From Chthoniobacterales bacterium (GTDB lineage: Bacteria > Verrucomicrobiota > Verrucomicrobiia > Chthoniobacterales > UBA6821), in NCBI GenBank assembly GCA_019747895.1, contig JAIEQF010000019.1, positions 71,363-135,362 of the forward strand: a stretch of DNA of 64,000 nt. The letters run 5' to 3'. Positions within the stretch are counted from its first letter, which is position 1, and every line of letters begins with the position of its first letter. This document shows positions 17,911-27,052 of this stretch, piece after piece. A program made the translations under genes and the position numbers. Under the pieces are notes generated by a model that saw only the letters and a list, made by a program, of their open reading frames with translations, ran no database searches and had not been told where the DNA came from.

Positions 17911-17912
17911 GC

Positions 17913-20651
17913 CTAAAAAGCAGGCTGCTTTGGTAGAGCAAAGAGTCTGAATTTCTTTTTTTTAGGAGTTGGTGTTGGTGTTGGGCGAAGTTCTTTTTCA
18001 AGATTTTGGCTCCGTGTTCCAAGATCAGAGGTGCCTCCTTGTGTGTCGCTGGCTTTCTTCATCGATATATTCGAAGAAATGACACTTGGTTGAATCATGA
18101 CCACAAGTTCTTCTCGTTGTTTTTCGTTGTCGGTATGGCCTCCGAGTAGTGGACCAATGATCGGAATATTACTGATGTATGGAATGCCTGATTTATTTGC
18201 CGTTTTGCTCTCACTGATGAGTCCGCCAAGAACGATCGTAGAACCGCTGGGAATGCGGACACTAGTCGTGAGTTGTTGAGTCCGTATGACGGGCGCTAGA
18301 ATGCCTTGTTTAGCGGCAGCCGCAGTGGCAGTGTCATCAACTGATTGATTTTGTTGAGCAATAATCAGATTGACTTCATTGTCAGAGTTAATAAGTGGGA
18401 TAACTTCTAGTTTTAACAGAACATCTTGGTAGGTGATGTTGGAAGTAAAGGAGTTTGCAGTCTGGTTGGTATTGACTGCAGGAGCTGCTGTGTTAGCAAC
18501 CACACTGCTCAAGCTCGAAGATTGATAAGGGATTTTGCTTCCTGAAAAGATGGTCGCTTTTTTATTATTGCTCGTGTAGACCACGGGGCGTGCAATTGTA
18601 CGGAAGCGGCCACTTGTCTGTAAGAAATCAGCATACATGTCGACCGAGCCAGCAATAGAGCCGAAAAGCGTAAGACCTCCCATCCCTTGTGCCAGGGCAC
18701 CAGCTGCTGTCCCTGGAATGGCCGTAGCGAGGGTAGGCTGAGCCGCTCCTGATGCTAGGGCATTAAATCCTTTGTAGTGGAAAAGGTAAGCGGCGCCATA
18801 ATCCATGCCTTCATTGAGTCGCATGGTGCCGATGACAGCAGCGAGATAGACTTGCTGAGGACGACGATCGAGCAGGTCGATGATTTGACGTGCCTTAATT
18901 TTGCTTTCAGGTGGTCCGTAAACAATAATGCTGTTGGCCGTTGGATCCGCAATCAGGCTGGTTGATCCAATGATGGCTGATTGAGGAGGCTGTTGTTGAA
19001 CACTGTTGCCGAGAAGATCAGGACTGCTGGCACCTCCTGAAGAACTGCCTGTCGAGCCCGTGCTGCCATTGGCGCCACCCATCGGATTCATCGGGTTTTG
19101 AGCTGAGTTATTATTGTTATTACCAAAAGGACTCTGAGGTGATGGCTGTGTTTTTGCAGGATTGTTTTGGGAGTCATCATCTTTATTTTTGAGCAAGTCC
19201 AAAAGAACTGGAAAAACATCAGTCACGGGAACGTAGTTGAGAGGCCTGACGAGTGGCTCTTCGTATTGAACTGCTTGATCAAGCTTCGAGATCAGCTCAC
19301 GAATGTAGCGATAATTTTCTGCTTTTGTAACGAGGAGAATGCGGTTGGTTCGTTTGTCTGGAATGAATTGAACTTTACCACTGAAGATACGAGTCTCTTC
19401 ATCTCCGGAGGAGTTTGCCACGGGCGTTGGAGCTGGTTGCTGATAGGGTGAGGTTGGAGTTTTGGGAGTCTGAGAAGTACTACTTTCTTTTCCACTGAAA
19501 ATTTGATTTAAGGTTTCGACCGTTTTTTCAGCATCAGCTCGTTGCAACGAAATAAACTCGGTGATGATTTGAGAAGGCTCACGATCGATGATTTGTAAAA
19601 GAGCTAACGATTTTTGAATAATCGGAGTTTTATCCGTGATGACGATGGCACTCGTGTTAGGAACAGCAACGAGTGACCCGTAAGGATTGACTTGAATGAC
19701 ACCTTGAAGAATATTGATTGCTTCATTAGGGCTCAAAAAGTGAAGTGGTTGGTAAAAGCTGACGAGGCGCTCTCCGTCACTTGGCAATTCACCTGTATTT
19801 TGATAAAGAGGGAGTCCTTCCATGCGCGGAGGACGGCTTGGCCCAATGATTTTGACGGTCTTTTCATCAACGGGGACTAAGGCATAGCCATTCACCAGCA
19901 TCGTGCTTTCGAGTAATGAAACGGCATCTTTTTTAGAAACGGGATCAGCAATCATCAAAGAAAGATCCGGCCCAGCAAGATTAGAGTCTCTGATGATACG
20001 CTTGCCGGTCAATTTTTCATAAAGTGAGAGAGCTTCTAAAATCGAAGTGTGGGGAAATTGGATGCTGATTTTTTCGTTGGGATTACTGCTAATGGCAGCA
20101 ATCGCTGCAGCATTGCCCGAAGAATTAGTGTCCGTCGACGATGACGGAGCGGCTATTGCTTCGCTCAATTTTGCTGGTAACTTCGAGCGAGTTATGGTCG
20201 AAGAAGTGGAAGCGGGGTCCGTGGAAGGCAATGGTCTGGAGCTAGCAAGATCAGGTTTTGTTTGCTTGGAGGTAGTGCCAGGAATAAGAGGAATCGCGTG
20301 TGAGAGGGCATTGCTATCAATGCCAGAAGTGAGACTAGGTGGCAGAGAGGAAAAAGGAGTATTTGTAGGATGACTCGCAGTGATGTCTTTAGAGTCAGTG
20401 TTAGAATTATTTTTAGAATTAAGATTGGTGGGAAGAAGCCCATGAGAGGAAACATTCAACAAAGAGCTGGCTGGTTCAGCAGCAGGGCTTGAAGAAGGAG
20501 TCTCTGCAGGGATGGGGACTGTTGTTGCTGGTACCTCTTTTTCTTGTTGGGCAAGAAGCATAGAGGAGGAAAAAATGAGAGCACCAAGAGCGAGCAAGAA
20601 ATGATTTCTTGATGGTTGCTTCGCTGTTCGCAGGATTGAGTAAAGTGACAT
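17913..20651 (-). CDS. Secretin (type II/III secretion system protein, GspD-like N0-N3 plus secretin domain) with long low-complexity inserts
   Basis: N0-like FPHTSILEALSLYEKLTGKRIIRD and repeated secretin_N-like segments. C-terminal core GIPYISNIPIIGPLLGGHTDNEKQREELVVMIQP. About 155 aa of S/P/T-rich sequence follows the signal peptide, with a second G/N/S/Q-rich insert mid-protein. Confidence 0.88.
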   Translation of the reverse strand: MSLYSILRTAKQPSRNHFLLALGALIFSSSMLLAQQEKEVPATTVPIPAETPSSSPAAEPASSLLNVSSHGLLPTNLNSKNNSNTDSKDITASHPTNTPFSSLPPSLTSGIDSNALSHAIPLIPGTTSKQTKPDLASSRPLPSTDPASTSSTITRSKLPAKLSEAIAAPSSSTDTNSSGNAAAIAAISSNPNEKISIQFPHTSILEALSLYEKLTGKRIIRDSNLAGPDLSLMIADPVSKKDAVSLLESTMLVNGYALVPVDEKTVKIIGPSRPPRMEGLPLYQNTGELPSDGERLVSFYQPLHFLSPNEAINILQGVIQVNPYGSLVAVPNTSAIVITDKTPIIQKSLALLQIIDREPSQIITEFISLQRADAEKTVETLNQIFSGKESSTSQTPKTPTSPYQQPAPTPVANSSGDEETRIFSGKVQFIPDKRTNRILLVTKAENYRYIRELISKLDQAVQYEEPLVRPLNYVPVTDVFPVLLDLLKNKDDDSQNNPAKTQPSPQSPFGNNNNNSAQNPMNPMGGANGSTGSTGSSSGGASSPDLLGNSVQQQPPQSAIIGSTSLIADPTANSIIVYGPPESKIKARQIIDLLDRRPQQVYLAAVIGTMRLNEGMDYGAAYLFHYKGFNALASGAAQPTLATAIPGTAAGALAQGMGGLTLFGSIAGSVDMYADFLQTSGRFRTIARPVVYTSNNKKATIFSGSKIPYQSSSLSSVVANTAAPAVNTNQTANSFTSNITYQDVLLKLEVIPLINSDNEVNLIIAQQNQSVDDTATAAAAKQGILAPVIRTQQLTTSVRIPSGSTIVLGGLISESKTANKSGIPYISNIPIIGPLLGGHTDNEKQREELVVMIQPSVISSNISMKKASDTQGGTSDLGTRSQNLEKELRPTPTPTPKKKKFRLFALPKQPAF

Positions 20652-20758
20652 GGGATTAAGTAATGCTAAGAAATATACTCAGGAATCGTGGAGTTGCCAG
20701 GGGGAATTCAATTTTTTTTGTTTTTAACAATATGGTTTTTACGAAAAGAAATTCACAC

Positions 20759-20889
20759 GGATAGAAGGGATAGAAGGGATGAAAGAGGGTTTTTAAAAAG
20801 CGACATCATAATTTCTTGGAAGACAATTTAAGAATAAGCTAAAATCTAAACTTGTTTTTGTATTTATCTCTTCTATCGCTTCCATAGAG
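20759..20889. repeat. Word-arm hairpin, GGATAGAAG class (weaker complementarity)
   Basis: ggatagaagggatagaagggatgaaagaggg against tatctcttctatcgcttccatagag. Confidence 0.55.
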
Positions 20890-20891
20890 AC

Positions 20892-20969
20892 TCGCTTGCT
20901 CCTGCTTGGCTCGCCGCTTTTGGGCTGCCTTCCGCAGTCTATCCGGCGGTCTTCCGACCACTCGTATTC
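20892..20969 (+). repeat. GC-rich B-module, copy 3 of 5 (diverged)
   Basis: tcgcttgctcctgcttggctcgccgcttttgggctgccttccgcagtctatccggcggtcttccgaccactcgtattc. Confidence 0.7.
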
Positions 20970-20970
20970 T

Positions 20971-21918
20971 GTGAATAGTTTCTCTTTTTTTCGCTTGCTG
21001 AATCTTCTTTCGCTTGATGTCGTTTTGATCGCTCTAGCATGGCAAGAGGTTTTTGCTCGCACTGCTACCGTTACTTTGCGATGGGAAGAAAGAGCTTTTT
21101 TGGCGCTTTCTATTTGGATTGTATACATTCTTGATCACTGGCTTGATTCCATGGCAGATATTGTTTCCAGTGCAGGCTTCTTTTCCAACAAAGCGCCGCG
21201 TCATCATTATGTCAGGTCTCATCGTTTCGTATTAGGAAGTCTTCTCGTGCTAGCCTCACTTACTAATGTTTGGTTGTTGTGGCATCTCGGATTAAGACTC
21301 TTGATCGCCGGAATGGGATTAGTCGTGATCACGTTGAGTTATCTTGTGATCAATGCTTTTTTTCTGCGACGAGGGCGTTGGTTCAAGGGGAGGGAAATAA
21401 TCATTTCTATTATTTTTTCAGTCGGATGCTCTTTGGTGGCGCTAGTTCAAGGTGATCGACCGTGGTTGCTCTTGCCCTGGATCATGGCTTTTGCACTGGT
21501 TGCTTTGATCAACTGCACGTTGATTGCTCGGATGGAGCGGATAGATTTCTTTCGAAACTCTACTTCTGATGCGAATTGCAGCGTCGCTCCGGTGCTCGCG
21601 TCATCGAGTATTAACTATGCATTCAGCCGCTGTGCGACGGAGGCTCCTGGCGCTTCATCGCCAGAAGCGAGTTTGGAAAGAAATCTAGTTTTACCATTGG
21701 CTCCAAAAATATTTTTTTCTCTGCGATCAGTTTTGTGCTTGCTTTTATTTTTGTTTCTTTTTGCTTTTCCATTTCCTTCGATCATAAAAGCTTTCTCTTG
21801 GAGCCTCATGGGATTAGCTCTTATTCCGATGATAGGGCGTCGCTGGGGTTATGAAGTTGCTTCTCTTGCTGCTGATCAAGTTTTGTTTTTTGGTGCTTTG
21901 TTATCCTTGTTAATATAA
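20971..21918 (+). CDS. Polytopic membrane protein, possibly UbiA-like prenyltransferase superfamily, with a repeat-derived insert
   Basis: The track ORF starts at TTG 20896, inside B-module 3. GTG 20971 directly after the module is the more likely start. Multiple TM helices. YILDHWLDSMAD resembles an Asp-rich DxxxD motif, so the family call is weak. Confidence 0.55.
   Translation: MNSFSFFRLLNLLSLDVVLIALAWQEVFARTATVTLRWEERAFLALSIWIVYILDHWLDSMADIVSSAGFFSNKAPRHHYVRSHRFVLGSLLVLASLTNVWLLWHLGLRLLIAGMGLVVITLSYLVINAFFLRRGRWFKGREIIISIIFSVGCSLVALVQGDRPWLLLPWIMAFALVALINCTLIARMERIDFFRNSTSDANCSVAPVLASSSINYAFSRCATEAPGASSPEASLERNLVLPLAPKIFFSLRSVLCLLLFLFLFAFPFPSIIKAFSWSLMGLALIPMIGRRWGYEVASLAADQVLFFGALLSLLI
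21585..21680 (+). repeat. E-module plus D-module copy lying in frame inside the membrane-protein ORF
   Basis: ccggtgctcgcgtcatcgagtattaac matches 34165-34190 at 25 of 27. tcagccgctgtgcg...cttcatcgccagaagcga aligns with the D-modules at 23787-23852 and 34357-34423. Confidence 0.8.
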
Positions 21919-21919
21919 A

Positions 21920-23101
21920 ATGAGAGCCTCATTGGTTATGAATGTTTTTTTCCCAGATTTTAAAAGGTTGTTGTTAGGAGTGTTGTTGTTGTGTGGGGCG
22001 GTCCTTCAAGCGTCTCCGGAAGCTGCTTTGCCGGCTGCTGCGGAATTTTCTGCTGCTCAAGAAACGGCAGCTTCTGGTAAAATGGAGGAGGCGATTCAAC
22101 AATATCGTCAACTCGTACGAGCCTATCCTTTTTCTAAAAATGCTGCGGAAGCTCAATTTCAAATAGCACAGCTTCTTCAAAAAAGTGGAGACTTTGAAAC
22201 CAGCTTTAGAGAGTACACAAAACTTTTAAACAAATATCCCGACACGTCTCATTTTGAAAATGCTGTTGCTGAGCAGGTCATCATTGCTAATGCTTATTTG
22301 AAGGGGAGGAAGGTTAAGGTTTTTGGTGTTCCTGCATATCCTTCGATGGAAAAAGCAGAGGAAATGTATACGGCAATTCTAGCGGCAGCCCCTTACAGCC
22401 GATATGCGCCACTCGTCCAATTTAATTTAGGGCTCTCTCTCGAACGTCAGGGCAAAGGAAACGAAGCAGTAGCAGCTTATCAAAAATTAATCGACAAATA
22501 TCCCAATAGCTCCATTACTAACACGGCGCTCTATCAAATTGGCTATGTCTACATGATGGTTGGAATGGCGGGAAAATCGCAAGACCTTTCTGCTCTTAAA
22601 GAGTCTCAAAATAATTTTGAAGATTTCTTAGTTCAATATCCCAATGACGAAAAATCATTTCAAGCTAACGACAATATGAAATCGATGGTGCACCGCGAGA
22701 GTGAAGATATCATGCGGATTGCACGGTTTTACGATTTTTCAAAAAATTATCAAGCATCGGCAATCTACTATAACGAAGTGATTCGTAAGTTTGGGCAAAC
22801 ACCAGAAGCCTCCGATGCTAAAACGCGATTGGCAGAGTTGAAAGATTTAGTCGGAGAGGATGCCTTGCGCTCTGGACAGCAAAAAGCATTGAGTGGAGAG
22901 CAAGTCGCTTTTCGACGCAAGCTGCAAGCTCGGGTGGAGACAACAAGCTTGGCGAATTACGATGGTCCTTCCAAAAATCTGATCAAAGGGAAAGACCTGC
23001 AGGTGCCTCCTCCTGAAATGAAGACCGATATTAAAGAAGTCCAAACAGTGCCAACCGTAGAGTCAGTTACTGCGCCGACATCGAAGTCAGTAACGCATTA
23101 A
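21920..23101 (+). CDS. TPR lipoprotein, BamD/YfiO-like outer-membrane assembly factor
   Basis: Signal peptide, then TPR-type repeats (AEAQFQIAQLLQKSGDFETSFREYTKLLNKYPDTS...). Positioned next to an LptE-like gene. Confidence 0.55.
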   Translation: MRASLVMNVFFPDFKRLLLGVLLLCGAVLQASPEAALPAAAEFSAAQETAASGKMEEAIQQYRQLVRAYPFSKNAAEAQFQIAQLLQKSGDFETSFREYTKLLNKYPDTSHFENAVAEQVIIANAYLKGRKVKVFGVPAYPSMEKAEEMYTAILAAAPYSRYAPLVQFNLGLSLERQGKGNEAVAAYQKLIDKYPNSSITNTALYQIGYVYMMVGMAGKSQDLSALKESQNNFEDFLVQYPNDEKSFQANDNMKSMVHRESEDIMRIARFYDFSKNYQASAIYYNEVIRKFGQTPEASDAKTRLAELKDLVGEDALRSGQQKALSGEQVAFRRKLQARVETTSLANYDGPSKNLIKGKDLQVPPPEMKTDIKEVQTVPTVESVTAPTSKSVTH

Positions 23102-23113
23102 AATTAATTTTAT

Positions 23114-23638
23114 ATGAAATATTTTTTTTCAACTCTTTTGTTGCTCTCTGTTCTTTTCCTCTCCGGATGCGGTTACACGCTGGGAGAAATCAAGCCATCC
23201 AGCATGCGACGTGTGAATACGATTGCGGTAACGACATTTCAAAATAGGACGGTGGTTCCTCGGTTGGAAGCGCAGACAGCCGATGCTGTCGTAAAACAAT
23301 TTCAGCAAGATGGGACCTATCGTATTGAAACATCGGATCGTGCTGATGCCATCTTAACCGGAACCATTATCAATCTTCAGCGGCAACCTCAGCGTGTTTA
23401 TGGAAGTAACGTTCTTCAAACTTCCGAATTTGATCTTGTCTTGACTGTTGAGTACATTGTCAAAGATCGAGTCACCGGTGCTATTCTTTGTAAAGGACAG
23501 GCAGAAGGACGAGTGGTGTTCTTTGTCAATTCTGATAATTACAATTCTGATTTAGTGACCGATCAAAATATCAACTATCCGATTGCAGCGCAGAGGATGG
23601 CGGAGAGGCTTGTCGGCAAAGTATCAGAAGGCTGGTAA
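23114..23638 (+). CDS. LptE-like LPS-assembly lipoprotein
   Basis: Canonical lipobox LSGC followed by GYTLG, as in LptE proteins (CGFxLRG). Size about 170 aa. Confidence 0.5.
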   Translation: MKYFFSTLLLLSVLFLSGCGYTLGEIKPSSMRRVNTIAVTTFQNRTVVPRLEAQTADAVVKQFQQDGTYRIETSDRADAILTGTIINLQRQPQRVYGSNVLQTSEFDLVLTVEYIVKDRVTGAILCKGQAEGRVVFFVNSDNYNSDLVTDQNINYPIAAQRMAERLVGKVSEGW

Positions 23639-23786
23639 AGGCTTGTTCTTTTCGCGCTGAGCGTTGTCGTCGTGCGCTCGCGCTATGTTTAAGATGGCGC
23701 TTCGCTTCTCCTCCTTGCTCAGCACGAACACTCTTGCGCCTTGTGCTTTACGAGCTTCAACGAATTTCTAATGCAATTTTCCTGTA

Positions 23787-23852
23787 ACACTCAGCCGCTG
23801 TGCGCCGCCGCTTCTTGCTCCTCATCCACAGCAGCGAATTTCTGAGGCAGTT
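23787..23852 (+). repeat. GC-rich D-module, copy 1
   Basis: acactcagccgctgtgcgccgccgcttcttgctcctcatccacagcagcgaatttctgaggcagtt, with an internal stem gccgctgtg/cacagcagc. Confidence 0.8.
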
Positions 23853-23903
23853 TTCAGAAAATTTTGAACACGCTCTCAGTTTGTAAAAGTGTATAAATTT
23901 TTT

Positions 23904-23933
23904 CCTGTAGCCTGTAGTCTCCTGCCTGTAGCC
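23904..23933. repeat. Single pyrimidine-rich ACAGGTT-class arm ending 7 nt before the rsmI ATG
   Basis: cctgtagcctgtagtctcctgcctgtagcc. No complementary arm found upstream. Confidence 0.8.
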
Positions 23934-23940
23934 TTTTTCC

Positions 23941-24657
23941 ATGTTATCGATTCTTCCAACTCCTATCGGAAATCTTGGCGATCTCTCACATCGAGTGGAG
24001 CTCGTGCTTCGCGAGTGTGATGTGGTTGTTGCCGAAGACACGCGACGGGCGGAGCAGTTGCTCAATCATCTTGGGGTCAAAAAGCAGCTGATCAGTTTTC
24101 ATGAGCACAACGAGCGAGAGCGGCTTCCACGCTTGCTGCAAGAGCTTCGTTCTGGAAAGCATGTGGCATTGGTCACGGATGCAGGGACTCCATCGATTAG
24201 CGATCCTGGCTATCGCTTGATCGCAGCGTGTATTGAAGAACAGATAGAATATACGGTGTTGCCTGGACCATCAGCTGTAGTTACAGCGCTCGTGGGAAGT
24301 GGGTTGCCTCCTGTGCCGTTTTATTTTGGTGGTTTTCTTCCAGCCTCGGGATCGCGACGTCGGGCTGAATTAAAGGAAGCAGCAGGACGACACGTGACCA
24401 GTATCTATTTTGAATCGCCTCATCGTTTGCTTAAGGCGCTAGAAGATTTTGTGAAGCTCCTCCCTGAATCAAGGCTCTGCGTGGCTCGCGAGCTTAGTAA
24501 AAAATTTGAAGAATATCGTCATGGGAAACCGCAAGACGTACTGGATCATTTCAAGAAAGGAAATGTGCGTGGAGAGATTACGTTGGTTTTTCATCCTGAT
24601 CCCACCAAAGACTCGCAGGGTGAGGAAGAGGTTCTTCCAATGGCACGATGGGAGTAA
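23941..24657 (+). CDS. rsmI: 16S rRNA (cytidine1402-2'-O)-methyltransferase
   Basis: N-terminus LSILPTPIGNLGDLSHR..L...D.VVAEDTR and DAGTPSISDPG are characteristic RsmI/tetrapyrrole-methylase-fold motifs. Confidence 0.9.
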   Translation: MLSILPTPIGNLGDLSHRVELVLRECDVVVAEDTRRAEQLLNHLGVKKQLISFHEHNERERLPRLLQELRSGKHVALVTDAGTPSISDPGYRLIAACIEEQIEYTVLPGPSAVVTALVGSGLPPVPFYFGGFLPASGSRRRAELKEAAGRHVTSIYFESPHRLLKALEDFVKLLPESRLCVARELSKKFEEYRHGKPQDVLDHFKKGNVRGEITLVFHPDPTKDSQGEEEVLPMARWE

Positions 24658-24727
24658 CTATATTTTTTGTAATCGTTTAGACGACTGGTTTTGAAAAAGA
24701 AAAATCCGTTTATTAATAAAGGTTTTT

Positions 24728-24829
24728 GTTGAGAGGTTGAGAGGTTGAGGGGTTGAGAGGACGCCTTTCTCTCAACGGCCGCGCCAGCGGCGCTCAACAG
24801 CTGCTTTAGCAGCGGCTCAACATCTCAAC
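24728..24829. repeat. Word-arm hairpin, GTTGAGAG class, with GC-rich palindromes in the right arm
   Basis: gttgagaggttgagaggttgaggggttgagagg against ctctcaac...gcgctcaac...ggctcaacatctcaac. Confidence 0.85.
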
Positions 24830-24886
24830 TTTTACAAAAGCAGGTTGAAGAATCTTACTCTTTGCCAAGCAACTGAACGGATACGA

Positions 24887-25849
24887 TTATTTATTGGAAG
24901 TGGTATACGCCGAGAAGACACCCATTTTCCGGAACTTGGCGTAGCGTTGGTGCAGAAGTTTGTCCATGGGAATTTTTGTGATCTCTTCCAAGGTGGAGAG
25001 AATCGTTTGACTCATGGTTGCCATCACTGCTTTAGGATCACGGTGAGCTCCTCCCATTGGTTCCGGAATAACGCTGTCGATTAACTCGAATTCACTGAGA
25101 TCAGCTGCCGTCAGCTTCAAGGCATCAGCTGCTTCTGCACGGTGATTGCGATGCTTCCAGAGAATGGCGGCGCATCCTTCAGGACTGATGACCGAGTAGT
25201 AAGAATTTTCCATCATGAGGACCCGATCGGCAACCCCGATGCCAAGCGCTCCGCCGCTTCCTCCTTCTCCGATAATGATGGAGAGAATGGGCGTTTTTAA
25301 CAGCATCATTTCTCGCAGATTGACTGCAATGGCCTCCGCGATGTGGCGCTCTTCGGCCCCAATTCCAGGATAAGCGCCAGGAGTGTCAATAAAGGCAATG
25401 ACTGGCAGGGAAAATTTTTCAGCCATGCGCATCAGACGAAGGGCTTTTCGATAACCTTCGGGGTGAGGGCTTCCAAAAGTGCGTTTGATATTTTCTTTTA
25501 CGCTACGCCCTTTTTGCTGCATCAAGACCACACAATGATGATTGCCGATTTTAGCTAGCCCTGCTGGCATTGCTTGATCATCGCCGAAGAGACGGTCTCC
25601 ATGAAGCTCGATAAAATCAGTGAAGCACTCTTCTATGTAGTCGAGAGCATAAGGCCGTGCTGGATGGCGTGCGATTTGAATGCGTTGCCAAGCAGTGAGA
25701 TTCTTGTAGAGATCCGTGCGCATCAACTCTAATTGTTTGCGGATATCTTCGGTTTTTTTGTCATCAGAAGGAGAGTTAGAAGTCAGTTCGCTCAGGCACT
25801 TTTCTAAATCAATCAGTGGCTGTTCAAAGTCGAGTGGTTGAATGGTCAT
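24887..25849 (-). CDS. accA: Acetyl-CoA carboxylase carboxyltransferase alpha subunit
   Basis: ARHPARPY, FIDTPGAYPG and GEGGSGGALG motifs. Confidence 0.95.
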   Translation of the reverse strand: MTIQPLDFEQPLIDLEKCLSELTSNSPSDDKKTEDIRKQLELMRTDLYKNLTAWQRIQIARHPARPYALDYIEECFTDFIELHGDRLFGDDQAMPAGLAKIGNHHCVVLMQQKGRSVKENIKRTFGSPHPEGYRKALRLMRMAEKFSLPVIAFIDTPGAYPGIGAEERHIAEAIAVNLREMMLLKTPILSIIIGEGGSGGALGIGVADRVLMMENSYYSVISPEGCAAILWKHRNHRAEAADALKLTAADLSEFELIDSVIPEPMGGAHRDPKAVMATMSQTILSTLEEITKIPMDKLLHQRYAKFRKMGVFSAYTTSNK

Positions 25850-25860
25850 TGGTGGGGAAA

Positions 25861-25888
25861 GTAATGAATAATGGGTAATGAGTAATAC
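25861..25888. repeat. Single TAATGAGTA-class arm; its pyrimidine sense ends 11 nt upstream of the accA ATG
   Basis: gtaatgaataatgggtaatgagtaatac on the + strand. accA is on the - strand. Confidence 0.75.
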
Positions 25889-25922
25889 GGCGCTGGCGCT
25901 ATAAATGAAAGCAGCTTTTGGG

Positions 25923-26810
25923 CTACTTCACCGTTACGCAAGCTGCCTTGTTAACGAGAGGGAAGATTTCACTCATGTCTGAGGTGGAGATGACAAAACC
26001 AGGGGGCATTGCTGTAGGTGTAGCTGCTGGCGCGTTGGTTGATGCATCGGTAGCCGCAGGAGTTGCTGCTGAAGCTGTTTCAGCAGGTGCTGCAACAATA
26101 TTGCCGCAGGAGCGGAGGATGATGATCCTTTCACTTGCAGGATATTTTTTATCTCCAAAAGCAACGCGCTTGTTGCCATTCATGGCAACTTTTTCAACGA
26201 TGAGTGTTGTTGTTTCCTTGGCGTTGGTAGCAGGAGGATTAGAAAGCAAGGAGTAGCTTTTAAAAAATTGATCTCCGTTCTGGAGCGTCAGCAATTTCTT
26301 AGCCCGATCAAGAACGATGGTCATTTGAAGTTGAGGAATGAAGAGTTCTTGTCCAATTTGAAGATTAATGTTGGGGAGCGAGTTGACTTGCTGGATCAAC
26401 TCAGCATTCGATTTTTTCTTGTTAGCAATGCGGTCTAACGAATCCCCTTTTACTACAATGTAGCTTTCTTTTCCTCCGGCGGTGCTAGGGGAACGTAGCA
26501 GATCGAGGTTGGCTTTTCCAAGATTTGCAAGGCCCTCTGATGCTTTCTTGCTCTCAGGATACGCTTGTAGCCAGGCTTTCCAGGCGGTGATGGCCTCTTC
26601 TGGTTTTCCTGAATTTTGAAGAGCTAGCGCTGCGTTAAAGGCAGTTTCGCCTTGATCTGGGGCGGGAGCTGCCTTGACAGCTGCTTGTTTAGGATGGAAA
26701 AGATGGAACGAGGAGTATGGTTTGACAAACAGGAGGTAGGCGCATAAGGCGGCTGAACCAAAGATAACAAAAGCAACACCGATGAGAATAAAGATTTTTG
26801 AAGAGCGCAT
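25923..26810 (-). CDS. LysM-domain envelope protein with N-terminal membrane anchor
   Basis: TM anchor IFILIGVAFVIFGSAALCAYLLF, a TPR-like segment, and LysM YIVVKGDSLDRIANKKKSNAELIQQVNSLPNINLQIGQELFIP. Confidence 0.8.
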   Translation of the reverse strand: MRSSKIFILIGVAFVIFGSAALCAYLLFVKPYSSFHLFHPKQAAVKAAPAPDQGETAFNAALALQNSGKPEEAITAWKAWLQAYPESKKASEGLANLGKANLDLLRSPSTAGGKESYIVVKGDSLDRIANKKKSNAELIQQVNSLPNINLQIGQELFIPQLQMTIVLDRAKKLLTLQNGDQFFKSYSLLSNPPATNAKETTTLIVEKVAMNGNKRVAFGDKKYPASERIIILRSCGNIVAAPAETASAATPAATDASTNAPAATPTAMPPGFVISTSDMSEIFPLVNKAACVTVK

Positions 26811-27052
26811 GGTGATAGTTTGCGGTGAAACAAGTGATTTTGGAAAGAGATTTTTTAAAAAAAATCAGCTTGCAATTTAGTGCGAAAGCAAGTTTATTAT
26901 ATCGCTCCCGTTTTCAATCTGAAAATAAGATGTCTCAACTTTGAGAGGGGTCACTGATAGCCAATGTGGTTCTTTGAGCAACTGAGATGGAAAATAATTA
27001 ACGTTTCAGGTGATTTTTAGATTTTTAACGGAGAAATTTTTTACGATTTAAA

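Noticed and set aside
17913-20651. Assigning the secretin to the type III system because a T3SS chaperone is nearby.
   Set aside because: The N0-N3 domain layout reads more like GspD-type secretins. The two genes are 6 kb apart, on opposite strands, with unrelated genes between them. The question is left open.
20793-21128. 111-aa reverse-strand ORF upstream of the secretin.
   Set aside because: It overlaps a word-arm hairpin, B-module 3 and the start of the membrane-protein gene on the other strand. It has basic low-complexity composition.
24728-24760. Tandem short repeats (gttgagag x4, cacaaagaa, acaggtt arrays) as possible CRISPR arrays.
   Set aside because: - The period is 7-9 nt with no unique spacers.
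- Arrays are 20-50 nt long and paired with their reverse complement.
- No cas genes are present.
26865-26905. Possible promoter upstream of atpB (ttgcaa … tattat), and another upstream of rpmB (ttgacc at 38740, cactat at 38763).
   Set aside because: - Spacing of 19 nt for the first and a poor -10 for the second.
- The promoter consensus for this lineage is unknown.
- The ttgcaa box is also half of a local hairpin (cttgc…gcaag).
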